A stretch of DNA of 64,000 bases. It comes from Alphaproteobacteria bacterium 43-37. Lineage in GTDB: Bacteria; Pseudomonadota; Alphaproteobacteria; 43-37. Made by a program: the position numbers and the translations under genes. A model generated the notes under the pieces. It was given only the letters and a program-made list of their open reading frames with translations. It did no database searches and was not told the origin of the DNA. How positions within the stretch are numbered: position 1 is the stretch's first letter; each line of letters opens with the position of its first letter. This document shows positions 29,325 to 39,142 of the stretch, in pieces. The stretch lies in assembly GCA_001897475.1 (NCBI GenBank), contig MKSY01000019.1, positions 43,380 to 107,379 of the forward strand, given 5' to 3'.

Positions 29325-29561
29325 ATGACCGTACCGCGTTCGGAAAACACTCAGCCAATTGATCGCAAGCTTCTTGAGCTTTTGGTTTGCCCCGTTACCC
29401 GAAAGCCGTTGGTTTATGATCAAACAGCTGGGGAGCTTATCAGCGAATCAGCAGGCCTTGCCTACCCAATTCGCCACGGCATCCCCATCATGTTGGCGGA
29501 TGAAGCACGAAAGATTGAGGCCCAAAAACCCAGCAAATCAAATTTAGAAACGGCGAGTTAG
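29325..29561 (+). CDS. Trm112 family protein
   Basis: [11 protein letters not shown]...[12 protein letters not shown]. Confidence 0.92.
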   Translation: MTVPRSENTQPIDRKLLELLVCPVTRKPLVYDQTAGELISESAGLAYPIRHGIPIMLADEARKIEAQKPSKSNLETAS

Positions 29562-29643
29562 CCAGCTAAAACTTCCACGTAAACTAGCCATCCACATATG
29601 GCTGTTATACCCTTCATAACCAACAGGAAAGTTATCCTACATT

Positions 29644-29698
29644 GATCCCAAGCCCAAAATTTTAATAAAAACTTAGCAGTATTTTAGGCTTGGGAATC
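29644..29698. terminator. Inverted repeat between convergent genes
   Basis: GATCCCAAGCCCAAAAT ... ATTTTAGGCTTGGGAATC. Confidence 0.45.
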
Positions 29699-29709
29699 TC
29701 AAAAATTAT

Positions 29710-29892
29710 TTAATGATATGTGATCTTAGGCCTTCGACAAAGGTACGTACTTTTTAGCACATCTAAATCAAGTAAATCTTCAAACGCTGGCGGTGATTGC
29801 ATATCGCTTTTCACAAGTTCCAGCCGAGATTCTTGCTGAATTTTTTGCAACCGCAATAAATTTTTTTTATCATCTTCACTTACATCATTCAT
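29710..29892 (-). CDS. Small hypothetical protein
   Basis: 60-aa ORF with GGGAG RBS in otherwise intergenic space. Confidence 0.4.
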   Translation of the reverse strand: MNDVSEDDKKNLLRLQKIQQESRLELVKSDMQSPPAFEDLLDLDVLKSTYLCRRPKITYH

Positions 29893-30154
29893 TTTTTTCT
29901 ATCTCCCATGTGTTTATTATATAGTTTATTATAACAGCTGCAGCATAATTTGTTATGCGTAGTAATTACGCTAATCGTTAATTTATTATTTTATTGACAA
30001 AGTTAATTTTTTACGCCGCCCAAAAATAAGTTTCTTATTCAGATTAATTTATCAGTAAAACTTACATGACTCCTTCAAATAAAATCAAGAACAATTAGCC
30101 AGAAAAAACTATATTTTTTCCTTAGCAAACTTAATACTATGGAAACATTCATAC

Positions 30155-31033
30155 TTATTTTGATAAAGGTGTCGCAAGGCCAGGGTAAGTGAAGAAAATA
30201 AGATGAATAAGATTAACAAGAAAATGCGATATAATGCTCGCTTCTAACCTACCACTAAGAATATAGTGCGCACCATAAAAAAGCGATGCCATACTTGTCA
30301 TAAATAAATAACGATAATCATTAGAGAAAATGCCATGAATTCCCCCAAAAGCAGCGCTCGTCAAAAACAATGCCACCCATGGATTCACAAACTTAGAAAG
30401 GTTTTTCTGAATAAAGCCCCTGTAAAAAGCTTCTTCTACAGCGCTTACCAAAAATAAATTAACGAAAATCCATGGCACCAAAAAGTATGGATTTTTTATA
30501 TCTAAATATATCCACCCACAGCCATAGGCGATACCCAATAAAACCCCAACAGTCATGGGGAAAAGAGTAAAAATTGTTTTTAAGGTTGGCTTCCAATCAT
30601 TCCAAGTAACCGCTGGTTTAATGAGAAAAATAAGAAGCAAAAAACCCAAAGTTCCCTTATCAAAATTAACATAAAAATCATACAATTGAGCATTTTTGCT
30701 TACTTGAACTGGAGGTTGAATTTGCCAATTATAAAAACCAGGCATTTTATGCGCAAAAGCAAAAACGGTGCCGGTTAAGATCAGAAAAGCTAAAACAGGC
30801 GCAGAAAATCGTGGCATCCATTTTTTTTGATACAAAGATACAACAACCCCAAATGCCACTACGCACACGAGCCCTATAGGCGTAATGCGTTCAGCATAAA
30901 CAGCAGCCGCAACCGAAATAACAAATAATGTGAACGGGACTTCTTTGTGGGTTGTTAACCACTGGCTCATCATAGCAAGAATAAGAAACAACGAAGCAGA
31001 AGTTAAAATTGGATCCGAAAATAAATATGTCAC
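30155..31033 (-). CDS. CPBP (Abi/CAAX) family intramembrane metalloprotease
   Basis: EEAFYRG, FGGIH, HFLVN motifs; multiple TM helices; probable GTG start at 31033. Confidence 0.88.
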   Translation of the reverse strand: MTYLFSDPILTSASLFLILAMMSQWLTTHKEVPFTLFVISVAAAVYAERITPIGLVCVVAFGVVVSLYQKKWMPRFSAPVLAFLILTGTVFAFAHKMPGFYNWQIQPPVQVSKNAQLYDFYVNFDKGTLGFLLLIFLIKPAVTWNDWKPTLKTIFTLFPMTVGVLLGIAYGCGWIYLDIKNPYFLVPWIFVNLFLVSAVEEAFYRGFIQKNLSKFVNPWVALFLTSAAFGGIHGIFSNDYRYLFMTSMASLFYGAHYILSGRLEASIISHFLVNLIHLIFFTYPGLATPLSK

Positions 31034-31097
31034 GTTGAACCAACCCTCAGTATTAACAACAAAAAAATTATCAGCACCACAAAGATCTGTACAGGGC

Positions 31098-31352
31098 TTA
31101 TTGTTCTTTTGGCATATCAATAATATAGCTAAGCAGCTTTTTAACCACTGGCAAAACCACCAACACAGTTGGAAATGCAATTGCCCACGAGACCATCCAA
31201 CCAACAAGCCATTTGTTCAAAAACCCCTCACTGAAGCCAGCTAGCCTGGCCGTATTAATAAAACCAATAAGACCCGACATCATCATTGACAGAGCAAACG
31301 GCAACAAAACTGATAAGTATCTTACTGGCAATTTTTTCTTAAGCTTCATCAC
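31098..31352 (-). CDS. DUF2798 family membrane protein
   Basis: LSMMMSGLI...FLNKWLVGWMVSWAIAFP. Confidence 0.8.
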   Translation of the reverse strand: MMKLKKKLPVRYLSVLLPFALSMMMSGLIGFINTARLAGFSEGFLNKWLVGWMVSWAIAFPTVLVVLPVVKKLLSYIIDMPKEQ

Positions 31353-31376
31353 GCCTCACTTTTAGATTTATTGTCC

Positions 31377-31790
31377 TTAAATTCCCCCACTTTGACAAAT
31401 GATTTTCCAGCTTTTCTCATCCACTGGCATAACAGAAAGCCGCGATTGTTTAACCAAGGCCAAATGACTAAGAGTTGGATTATTCTTGATATCATCCAAC
31501 GGAACCGGATTTGTGAAAGCTTTAACTGTCTTCAAATCAACCATGACAAATCGTCCTGTTGTATCACTTGGATCAGGATACGATTCTTTAACCACTTCTA
31601 CAATTCCTTGGATCGATTTATCCGTCACAGAATGATAGAAAAAAACTTGGTCGCCAATTTTCATCTGCTTCAAATTGTTTGCCGCCTGATAATTTCTCAC
31701 GCCATCCCAATGGGTCACACCTTTTTTGACCTGATCACGCCATGACCAAGAGCTTGGTTCTGTTTTAACCAGCCAATAACGATTCACCAT
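31377..31790 (-). CDS. EVE domain-containing protein
   Basis: YWLVKTEP, WDGVRNYQA, GDQVFFYHS, SRLSVMPV. Confidence 0.94.
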   Translation of the reverse strand: MVNRYWLVKTEPSSWSWRDQVKKGVTHWDGVRNYQAANNLKQMKIGDQVFFYHSVTDKSIQGIVEVVKESYPDPSDTTGRFVMVDLKTVKAFTNPVPLDDIKNNPTLSHLALVKQSRLSVMPVDEKSWKIICQSGGI

Positions 31791-31806
31791 ATTTTCCTCC
31801 AGAATA

Positions 31807-32793
31807 TTACCTTGTTGGTGCACGCGAAAATTCCTTTTGCAGAGGCCTCGACATTAACGTGATTAGCTCTGTTGGGATGTCAGACGCCCCTGATATCACT
31901 TTGTAAACAGAAGAGCAAATTGGCATTTCAACCGCATATTTCTGACTTAAATCAACTATAGTTTGAGCCGTAAACACGCCCTCCTTAAGGTGATCACTCA
32001 ACTGCTTACCTTGGCTTAAGGAATAACCAAATGACATGTTTCTCGACTGCAAACTTGTGCACGTCAACAATACATCCCCATATCCTGATAACCCCAAGAA
32101 AGTATCCATTTGACCGCCTTTCGCAAGCCCTAGGCGAATCAGCTCAGCCATACCACGTGTGATCAATGCAGCACGGGCATTCTCACCTAGTCCCGCACCT
32201 GTCACCATTCCAGATGCAATGGCTAGAACATTTTTTACGGCTCCTGCCACTTGTACGCCTATGATGTCATAACTTAAATATGGCCTAAAGTTATTCGTTG
32301 CAAAAATATTCATGAGATCTTCGCGGCCTGGCATAACAGCCAACGTAGCAGCAGCTGGCAACGATTGAGCAATTTCGCCTGAAAAATTTGGCCCAGACAA
32401 AACCGCAAATGGCTGACCAGACAATTCACTTTCCAACACTTCGCTCATAAAAAATAATGTGGATTGCTCAATCCCTTTCGATGTTAAAACAATTGGACTT
32501 GTGGCTGGCACAACTGAAGCAAGATTTTGGAGCGCCGCACGATTTTGTTGCGCTGGCACAGCTAAAACATAGGCATCCTTTTCAGCTGTATCTTCCATTC
32601 GTGTTGTAGCCTTGATCGCAACATCAAATATAAGCTGCGGAAGAAATTTCTGATTGCTTTGACAGTGGTTGATTTCATCAACCACAAGCGGGTCTCGCGC
32701 AAAGATTGTCACATTATTACCTGCCCTCGCACACAAAAGGGCCAGGGCAGTTCCCCATGCACCGGCGCCAATAACTGCAATTTCTCTTGTCAT
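31807..32793 (-). CDS. gpsA: NAD(P)H-dependent glycerol-3-phosphate dehydrogenase
   Basis: GAGAWGTALA, SKGIE, LSGPNF, KNVLAIA, GDVLLTCTSLQSRN. Confidence 0.96.
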   Translation of the reverse strand: MTREIAVIGAGAWGTALALLCARAGNNVTIFARDPLVVDEINHCQSNQKFLPQLIFDVAIKATTRMEDTAEKDAYVLAVPAQQNRAALQNLASVVPATSPIVLTSKGIEQSTLFFMSEVLESELSGQPFAVLSGPNFSGEIAQSLPAAATLAVMPGREDLMNIFATNNFRPYLSYDIIGVQVAGAVKNVLAIASGMVTGAGLGENARAALITRGMAELIRLGLAKGGQMDTFLGLSGYGDVLLTCTSLQSRNMSFGYSLSQGKQLSDHLKEGVFTAQTIVDLSQKYAVEMPICSSVYKVISGASDIPTELITLMSRPLQKEFSRAPTR

Positions 32794-33839
32794 AATCTCA
32801 CCATTGAATCAATCGATAGGGTATCCAAAGGCCACCTAGGCTTAGATGGTGTATCAAGCGGGCTAGCCAGCCCTTTGTTCAAATATTCAACCCCTGCCCA
32901 GGCCACCATGGCCCCATTGTCTGTGCACAATGAGCGATCGGCAGCAGCAAAGATCACGCCATACTCTCCTGCAAGTCTCTCCAGTCTTTCACGCAAATAC
33001 TGATTGGACGCAACACCTCCCGCCACCACCAAATGACCTGGCATCTCTTTTGACAGCATTGATTCTAATGCAAAGGTTAGCTTTTGAACCAGGCTATCTC
33101 CCACCGTTTTTTGAAATGAGGCACTTAAATCACAGACAAACTCTTCCGTCAACTCCAATTGCTTTTCAATGATCAAACGAGCGGCTGTTTTGAGGCCTGA
33201 AAATGAAAAATCACAAGCTTTCTTTCCCACTAACGGTCTAGGCAAAGAATACGCTAATGGGTCCCCCTTTTTGGCTTTCATTTCAATAGCTGGTCCGCCT
33301 GGGTAACCTAAACCCAGCAATTTTGCAGTTTTATCAAATGCTTCACCAACGGCATCATCAATAGTCGAACCCAAAATTTGATAATCACCCACTCTTTTCG
33401 CAAGAATGATCTGACAATGCCCACCTGACACAAGGAGGAGAACAAATGGAAATGGCACATCATGAGTTAACCGCACAGTTAGCGCATGAGCTTCAAGATG
33501 ATTAATGGCGATAAAGGGCTTTCCCAAGCCAAAGGCAATCCCTTTAGCAAAGGTAGCTCCCACCATAACACCGCCAATCAAACCTGGCCCTGTTGTTGCG
33601 GCAATGGCAGACATATTCTTAAGGGGAACGCCCGCTTGCTCCAGGCATGCTTCCAGGCAGGGTGCGAGCAAATCAAGGTGAGCCCTGGCGGCAATCTCTG
33701 GAACAACACCACCAAATGCCTTATGATCCTTGATCTGCGATTGCACAACATGCCCAAGGATTTTCCCATCATCCCTTACAATTGCACAAGCGGTTTCATC
33801 ACAACTTGTCTCGATGCCCAATACCAACTTCACTCGCAC
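32790..33839 (-). CDS. tsaD: tRNA N6-threonylcarbamoyltransferase TsaD
   Basis: GIETSCDET, GGVVPEIAARAH, HLEAH, DDAVGEAFDK, CTDNGAM. Confidence 0.97.
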   Translation of the reverse strand: MRVKLVLGIETSCDETACAIVRDDGKILGHVVQSQIKDHKAFGGVVPEIAARAHLDLLAPCLEACLEQAGVPLKNMSAIAATTGPGLIGGVMVGATFAKGIAFGLGKPFIAINHLEAHALTVRLTHDVPFPFVLLLVSGGHCQIILAKRVGDYQILGSTIDDAVGEAFDKTAKLLGLGYPGGPAIEMKAKKGDPLAYSLPRPLVGKKACDFSFSGLKTAARLIIEKQLELTEEFVCDLSASFQKTVGDSLVQKLTFALESMLSKEMPGHLVVAGGVASNQYLRERLERLAGEYGVIFAAADRSLCTDNGAMVAWAGVEYLNKGLASPLDTPSKPRWPLDTLSIDSMVRL

Positions 33840-33934
33840 TTCTCCTCTAACTACATAAGTGGAGCAAATATTATTCTGGCAAGCAATGGTTTTTTTGATT
33901 AAATACTAAGAAGGCCAATAGTGAGAACGGTTTC

Positions 33935-34852
33935 ATGAAAGAAAATTTACCCTTAAAAGCGCTACGGATTGGGACACGTAAAAGCCCGCTAGCCCAAGCC
34001 CAAACAAGCCTTGTCATTGATGCATTAAAACACTCAAACTGTTTTAAAACCTGTGATATCAACATAGTCACCTTTACCACAACTGGGGACAAGATTTCGA
34101 ACAAGCCTTTATACACTGAAGGAGGCAAAGGTCTGTTTGTCAAAGAATTGGAAGCGGCTCTTCTTTCCAATGAAATTGATATGGCCGTTCATTCTCTGAA
34201 GGATATGGAAACCACCCTCCCGCCAGGCTTATCTTTGGCTGCCTTTTTACCAAGAGGTGATGTGGAAGATGTCCTTTTAAGCACTCAAGGCTTTAGCCTT
34301 GATGAATTACCTATAGCCTGCACAGTGGGCACCGTTTCTCCCAGACGCAAAGCTCAGCTCCTCCATCACCGACTTGACCTTAACGTTGTCCCTCTACGTG
34401 GCAATGTTGGAACACGCATTGCCAAGCTTAACAATGGCGAGGTGGATGCTATTGTTTTGGCCAGGGCTGGATTGACACGGTTAGGTTTAATGGGCCCTAA
34501 AGCCACAGTGTTACCTACATCTTTAATGCTACCTGCAGCTGGGCAAGGCATTATTGCCCTTCAATGCCGTCAATCTGACGAGCCACTCTTGCTGGCCTTG
34601 CAACAGCTCTCAGATACGCCTACGACCCTTTGTGCTATGGCAGAAAGGTCCATGCTGCAACATCTTGGTGGGTCCTGCCAAACCCCAATTGCCGCTCACG
34701 CTACCGTAAAGCAAAATAACCTTATAACATTAAAAGGCATGCTAGCCTTTGAAGACTCTCACACTCCAGCCTATGCTTTTGAAGAGGGCGTTGATCCAAA
34801 TGTTGTTGGGAAGAGCCTTGCGGAAAAGTTACAGCAAATGATGAAAAAATAA
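33935..34852 (+). CDS. hemC: Hydroxymethylbilane synthase
   Basis: GTRKSPLA, GGKGLFVKE, VHSLKD, LRGNVGTR, GGSCQTP. Confidence 0.97.
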   Translation: MKENLPLKALRIGTRKSPLAQAQTSLVIDALKHSNCFKTCDINIVTFTTTGDKISNKPLYTEGGKGLFVKELEAALLSNEIDMAVHSLKDMETTLPPGLSLAAFLPRGDVEDVLLSTQGFSLDELPIACTVGTVSPRRKAQLLHHRLDLNVVPLRGNVGTRIAKLNNGEVDAIVLARAGLTRLGLMGPKATVLPTSLMLPAAGQGIIALQCRQSDEPLLLALQQLSDTPTTLCAMAERSMLQHLGGSCQTPIAAHATVKQNNLITLKGMLAFEDSHTPAYAFEEGVDPNVVGKSLAEKLQQMMKK

Positions 34853-35583
34853 TGAGCCAAGCTGTCTATCTTAATAGGAACTTGCCTGATAACCTTGAGT
34901 TAACACGTAGACTCGTTGCTCACAAACTACCTGTTATTGTAGAGCCTCTCATTACCATTGATTACTTACCCTTTGAACAGCCCATTGTGGATAAAAATAC
35001 GGCCATCATTGCCACCAGCCGCTATGGCCTTTTTGGTTTGCTCAAAACATGCCCAACCATCAACCGGAAAACCAGGGTTTTTTGTGTCGGAGGAGCAACG
35101 GCTGAAGCAGCTAAAAATCTTGGTTTTAAAAACATTATAACGGGGCCTGGCAACGCGTTTGAGCTCACGGCGCAAATTAAGGCACTTGGCAATAATGAAG
35201 ATCGGTTTGTCTATGCTCGCGGTGAAGACATTTCATTTCCACTTGAGGAAAGTTTAAGCGATTTACCACAAAGTTTTTTGGCCATTATCACATACGTAGC
35301 CAAAGCACGTCTTTCTTTCACTAAGAGGCTTGTGGATAAACTGAAAAATCAGGAAATAGGAGCAAGCGTTTTCTATTCAGCACGAACAGCCAAGATTTTT
35401 CTCAATCTTATTTTACAACATGAACTATTGAGTATCCTGGAAGAAATGACCCTGGTTTGTATCAGTAACAATGTGGCTGAGGCATTTGAGAAGCACTCTT
35501 TAAAAAAAATAATTCCGCAAGATTTTTCCTCAGAAACTGTTGCCCAGGCTATAAATAATTTATTTTCCAGTGATTCTTCATAG
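34852..35583 (+). CDS. hemD: Uroporphyrinogen-III synthase
   Basis: ATSRYG, FCVGGATA, FYSARTA, CIS; coupled to hemC. Confidence 0.88.
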   Translation: MSQAVYLNRNLPDNLELTRRLVAHKLPVIVEPLITIDYLPFEQPIVDKNTAIIATSRYGLFGLLKTCPTINRKTRVFCVGGATAEAAKNLGFKNIITGPGNAFELTAQIKALGNNEDRFVYARGEDISFPLEESLSDLPQSFLAIITYVAKARLSFTKRLVDKLKNQEIGASVFYSARTAKIFLNLILQHELLSILEEMTLVCISNNVAEAFEKHSLKKIIPQDFSSETVAQAINNLFSSDSS

Positions 35584-35603
35584 ACTTTAAACTGTTAGAT
35601 GAT

Positions 35604-36656
35604 ATGCTCCTTGAGATATATGAAAGAGCAATCGATATGTCTTCAAAGCGCGGCCAAAATCAAACTGAGTCCCAGCCAGAAAACTCTGCTGCCCAGCAAG
35701 TAGATTCTGACACGAGCACATCTGCCAGCAAAAATTGCCTTGGCACTCGTAAAGTTTCAAGTTTCGTGTGGCTATATGCACTCACTGGGTTCTTAGTGTG
35801 CACAGCTCTAGCGGAACTATGGACAGCCCGCGCCGCACTTAAACTGAAAATCTCTATCAATGAAATTCAGGGCCAAGTAACAGCTCTCGAAGAGCGTCAT
35901 CATTCCCACACCACAACACATGAAAATGCCACCGAGAACAAGCTTGAGCAAATCCATACCGAACAAGCTTCCTTGTCATCACGCATCGAGGCTATCGAAA
36001 ATCGCTTGAAAGGTTTGTCAAAGTCCTCTGAGACAGCGTTTCAGAAAATGGAAGAGTTGTCTGAAGCCGTCTCTAAAGCTGAAGCTAGTGTGTCGGAACA
36101 TCAGGCACGCCATGCCGCTGAAATTAAAAATCACCATTTTAACCTGGCTACAATATCAACATTAATTCAAGCCCTTGAGTCAGATTCGCCTATTAATCTA
36201 GCCGAGTATGATACGCTCATTCCTGAAGAGTTACTAGCAAAGCTAAAGGACAAGCAACACTTGCCACAGATTTCTAAGAGCGCACTTTTGCAAAACTTAA
36301 ATAACCTCGCATCAAAGCTTCAACCAGCTGTGGTGGTTACCCCTGAAGATAGTTTCATCAAGAAATTTGGCAACTTTATTACTATCCGAAAAATAAGCCC
36401 AGCTGAGCTAGACCATCAGTCATTGGTAGCAACGAATGCTCTTGTTGGCAAAATTGAAACCGCCATCAACCATGACGACTATTCTGAGGCCTTGGAACAT
36501 TTCAATAAATTACCCAAAGAAGCCCAGGATGTTTTAGCACCTCTTCACACTCCTCTGGAAAATATGCACAAAAAGCAGATACTTATTAGAAGACTTAAGA
36601 CGCTACTATCCTCATCTTCTTTGCACCACACTGAACCAGGCCTTAATAAACCATGA
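35604..36656 (+). CDS. COG4223 / mitofilin-like (alphaproteobacterial Mic60) protein
   Basis: TM helix, long coiled coil, C-terminal FITIRKI...IETAINHDDYSEALEHFNKLP; canonical position between hemD and hemY. Confidence 0.72.
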   Translation: MLLEIYERAIDMSSKRGQNQTESQPENSAAQQVDSDTSTSASKNCLGTRKVSSFVWLYALTGFLVCTALAELWTARAALKLKISINEIQGQVTALEERHHSHTTTHENATENKLEQIHTEQASLSSRIEAIENRLKGLSKSSETAFQKMEELSEAVSKAEASVSEHQARHAAEIKNHHFNLATISTLIQALESDSPINLAEYDTLIPEELLAKLKDKQHLPQISKSALLQNLNNLASKLQPAVVVTPEDSFIKKFGNFITIRKISPAELDHQSLVATNALVGKIETAINHDDYSEALEHFNKLPKEAQDVLAPLHTPLENMHKKQILIRRLKTLLSSSSLHHTEPGLNKP

Positions 36657-37990
36657 TTTTGATTTTTCTTGCCCTTATCACCGGATTAAGTATTTGGATT
36701 TCCCAATACCCTGGCACTTTTGAAGTAACCTGGTTTGGCTACCAGATTGTCCTCCCAGCTTATTCATTTATGATGCTCCTAATATTTCTTGTTGGCGTTA
36801 TTTACTTCCTTTTAAGTCTTAAATTCCGCTGGAAGATTTTCCGCATAAAAAGGTGTTTTAAATCGCAAGAAAGACAAAGCTTAAAAGCCGAAAATCTCAT
36901 GCTGGAAGGCCTTGCAGCCATTGCCTCTCGAGATGTAAGTCGCGCACAAAAGATTTTTACTAAGCTTTCTAACGTTCAAACATCTTCACCTTTAGGCCTC
37001 CTCTTTTCCGCACAAATGGCCATGCTCAAAAAAGATGACGCTCAAGTCGATATTGTCTTCCAAAAAATGTTGAGCTTACCCCAAACACAATTTATTGGCC
37101 TACGTGGTCTTGCCTCTCAGCATGTAGCCCGGGGTGAATTCCAAGCTGCTCGCGAAATGGTGATGTCTATTTTAAAACAGAATCCGCGAAGCCTTTGGGC
37201 CTTGGAAGCAGCCTTTGATCTCAATGTTCGCATGAAAGCATGGGCAGACGCTCGCCAGTCTCTCAAGCAATTGGCCAAATACCACCCCATACCAGACATT
37301 GCCCACAAGGAGGCACTTGTTTTATTTGAGCTGGCAGACCTGTCCAAAATTACAAACCCGGAACAAGCTGAGCAGCTGATCGCTAAGGCCTATCGGCTTG
37401 ACCCAGGCGTTCCTACCATTGCACTTTCTTATGCCTCATTGCTTCAGGATCAAGGCGCCCTAAGAAAAGCCAGCAAGATTCTGGAAAAAGCATGGAAACA
37501 TAATCAGCACCCTGAGCTTGCTATTGCCTTTATGAATACCGAAGATGAACCATTGAAGAAATTTCAGCTTATGCAACATCTTTTTGATCTAGCCTCTTCT
37601 TCATGGGAAGCCAAACGGCTCTATGCGCAAGCGGCTATGGATGCTGAACTTTGGGGCATGGCTCGCCCTCATTTGGAACAGTTGCTGGAAGAGCATCCCA
37701 CACACAAAGTTTTCCAAGTTTTTGCCTCTTTAGAAGAAAAGCTGGGAAACGTGAAAGAAATGCGCAAACTTCTTGCGCGCGCTGCTCAAGAGGCCTTACC
37801 AGACCCAGAATGGGTTTGCCAAGCTTGCGGAAAGCGGTCACATCAATGGAGCACAACCTGCAACTATTGCTTTGCGTTTGATACCTATGAATGGACTATT
37901 CTTCAACATAAAGGCAGCGCGCTGATGTCAGATCAAGAGTTAATCCTTCCAGACTCAAGCCCGCTATATGCAATGCCCTCAAAAGAATGA
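36653..37990 (+). CDS. hemY: HemY_N/TPR heme-biosynthesis-associated membrane protein
   Basis: PGTFEVTWFGYQI, GLRGL, TPR region, C-terminal PDPEWVCQACG...CNYC. Confidence 0.85.
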   Translation: MILIFLALITGLSIWISQYPGTFEVTWFGYQIVLPAYSFMMLLIFLVGVIYFLLSLKFRWKIFRIKRCFKSQERQSLKAENLMLEGLAAIASRDVSRAQKIFTKLSNVQTSSPLGLLFSAQMAMLKKDDAQVDIVFQKMLSLPQTQFIGLRGLASQHVARGEFQAAREMVMSILKQNPRSLWALEAAFDLNVRMKAWADARQSLKQLAKYHPIPDIAHKEALVLFELADLSKITNPEQAEQLIAKAYRLDPGVPTIALSYASLLQDQGALRKASKILEKAWKHNQHPELAIAFMNTEDEPLKKFQLMQHLFDLASSSWEAKRLYAQAAMDAELWGMARPHLEQLLEEHPTHKVFQVFASLEEKLGNVKEMRKLLARAAQEALPDPEWVCQACGKRSHQWSTTCNYCFAFDTYEWTILQHKGSALMSDQELILPDSSPLYAMPSKE

Positions 37991-38062
37991 CTGCCATCTT
38001 GAATAGGCCACCATCGATTTTTGCTAAATATTTTTCTTTTGCTACAAGGGGGCTGACTTATT

Positions 38063-38509
38063 TTACTTTAATAAGAATACGATAATACCCAATAAAAATG
38101 ATTTAAAAACTTCTGATATAATATAAAACAAATGAAAATGGCCAGGTTCTGGCGTAATACCCGCAACAATAGAATCAATACGCAAATCCAATATTGGAAT
38201 AAGCCAGAAATTCTGCACAAGGAGGATTGCCACCAAAATTAGGATGCCTAGGTATGTTTTTTTAGAAATTTGTGTCAAGTATGCCATAATGACCGCAAGA
38301 GCAAACAATCCCCATTCTACTTTGTGTAATAAATGAAAAGTGACCTTCCCCACCTCAAGAGCAACAGGGAGCGTTAAATGTGGCGCTTGAAATTTTACTG
38401 GCGTAGCTAAAAAAGACATCCCTAAAACTATTCCAAGCCAAATAAGGAATAGCGCAACTAGCCCTTTTCGCAAAATATCGTTTAAATCATCTCTCATTAC
38501 AAAGTTCAT
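38063..38509 (-). CDS. DUF4149-like membrane protein
   Basis: WLGIVLGMSFLATPVKFQAP, VGKVTF, WLIPILD, HLFYIISE. Confidence 0.7.
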   Translation of the reverse strand: MNFVMRDDLNDILRKGLVALFLIWLGIVLGMSFLATPVKFQAPHLTLPVALEVGKVTFHLLHKVEWGLFALAVIMAYLTQISKKTYLGILILVAILLVQNFWLIPILDLRIDSIVAGITPEPGHFHLFYIISEVFKSFLLGIIVFLLK

Positions 38510-38529
38510 AATCGACCTTCTATTTATAA

Positions 38530-38976
38530 TTAATCTGAATTATTGCGTTTTTCCATTTTAGAAAGCATGGGCATATTTTTAACCAATTCTATAAATGTAT
38601 GGTTATTCATGGTTAAAATAAAACTTTGGCGAGCTTCCATCAGGTAACGTTTTAACTGGCAAAATTCTGTTATCTTACATTGATTTGTTTTTGAGTTAAA
38701 ACATTCAACCATCGTCATATTCGGTTCAAAGTTAATAATTAACTCTCCCAACCGTAAGTGATAGACTTTTTCATTTATTTTGATTCCACCATTGCGACCT
38801 CTCACAGAATCTACATATTCGAGCTGATTTAGACGATGGGTCACTTTGGCTAAATGGTTTTGCGATATTTTATAATAATCTGCAATTTCCTTAATAGTTG
38901 CGGTTTTAGGTGAGGATCCCGCAAGATAAATAAGGCTACGTAAACAATAGTCTGTAAATGTCGTTAATTGCATCAA
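38530..38976 (-). CDS. nsrR: Rrf2-family NO-sensing repressor NsrR
   Basis: MQLTTFTDYCLRSLIYLA, ISQNHLAKV, SVRGRNGG, three Cys (VECF...QCKITEFC); next to norB and ytfE. Confidence 0.9.
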   Translation of the reverse strand: MMQLTTFTDYCLRSLIYLAGSSPKTATIKEIADYYKISQNHLAKVTHRLNQLEYVDSVRGRNGGIKINEKVYHLRLGELIINFEPNMTMVECFNSKTNQCKITEFCQLKRYLMEARQSFILTMNNHTFIELVKNMPMLSKMEKRNNSD

Positions 38977-39142
38977 ATAGTCTTGATAAAATCATTGAGG
39001 GATTATGCATATAGCCAATCAAAATAAAGACGTTGATCTCCAGTGCTCTGTCTTTAGGATATACCAACTAGGTTAATCGCATTACACCAAGTAGGAATTC
39101 ACGTCTTTATCTTGAATTAGCCTTATTATACATCTCTAATTA

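Noticed and set aside
30155-31790. CPBP/Abi and EVE genes as a phage-defence system
   Set aside because: EVE beside tsaD-gpsA is common alphaproteobacterial synteny, CPBP proteases are widespread, and no nuclease or effector partner is present.
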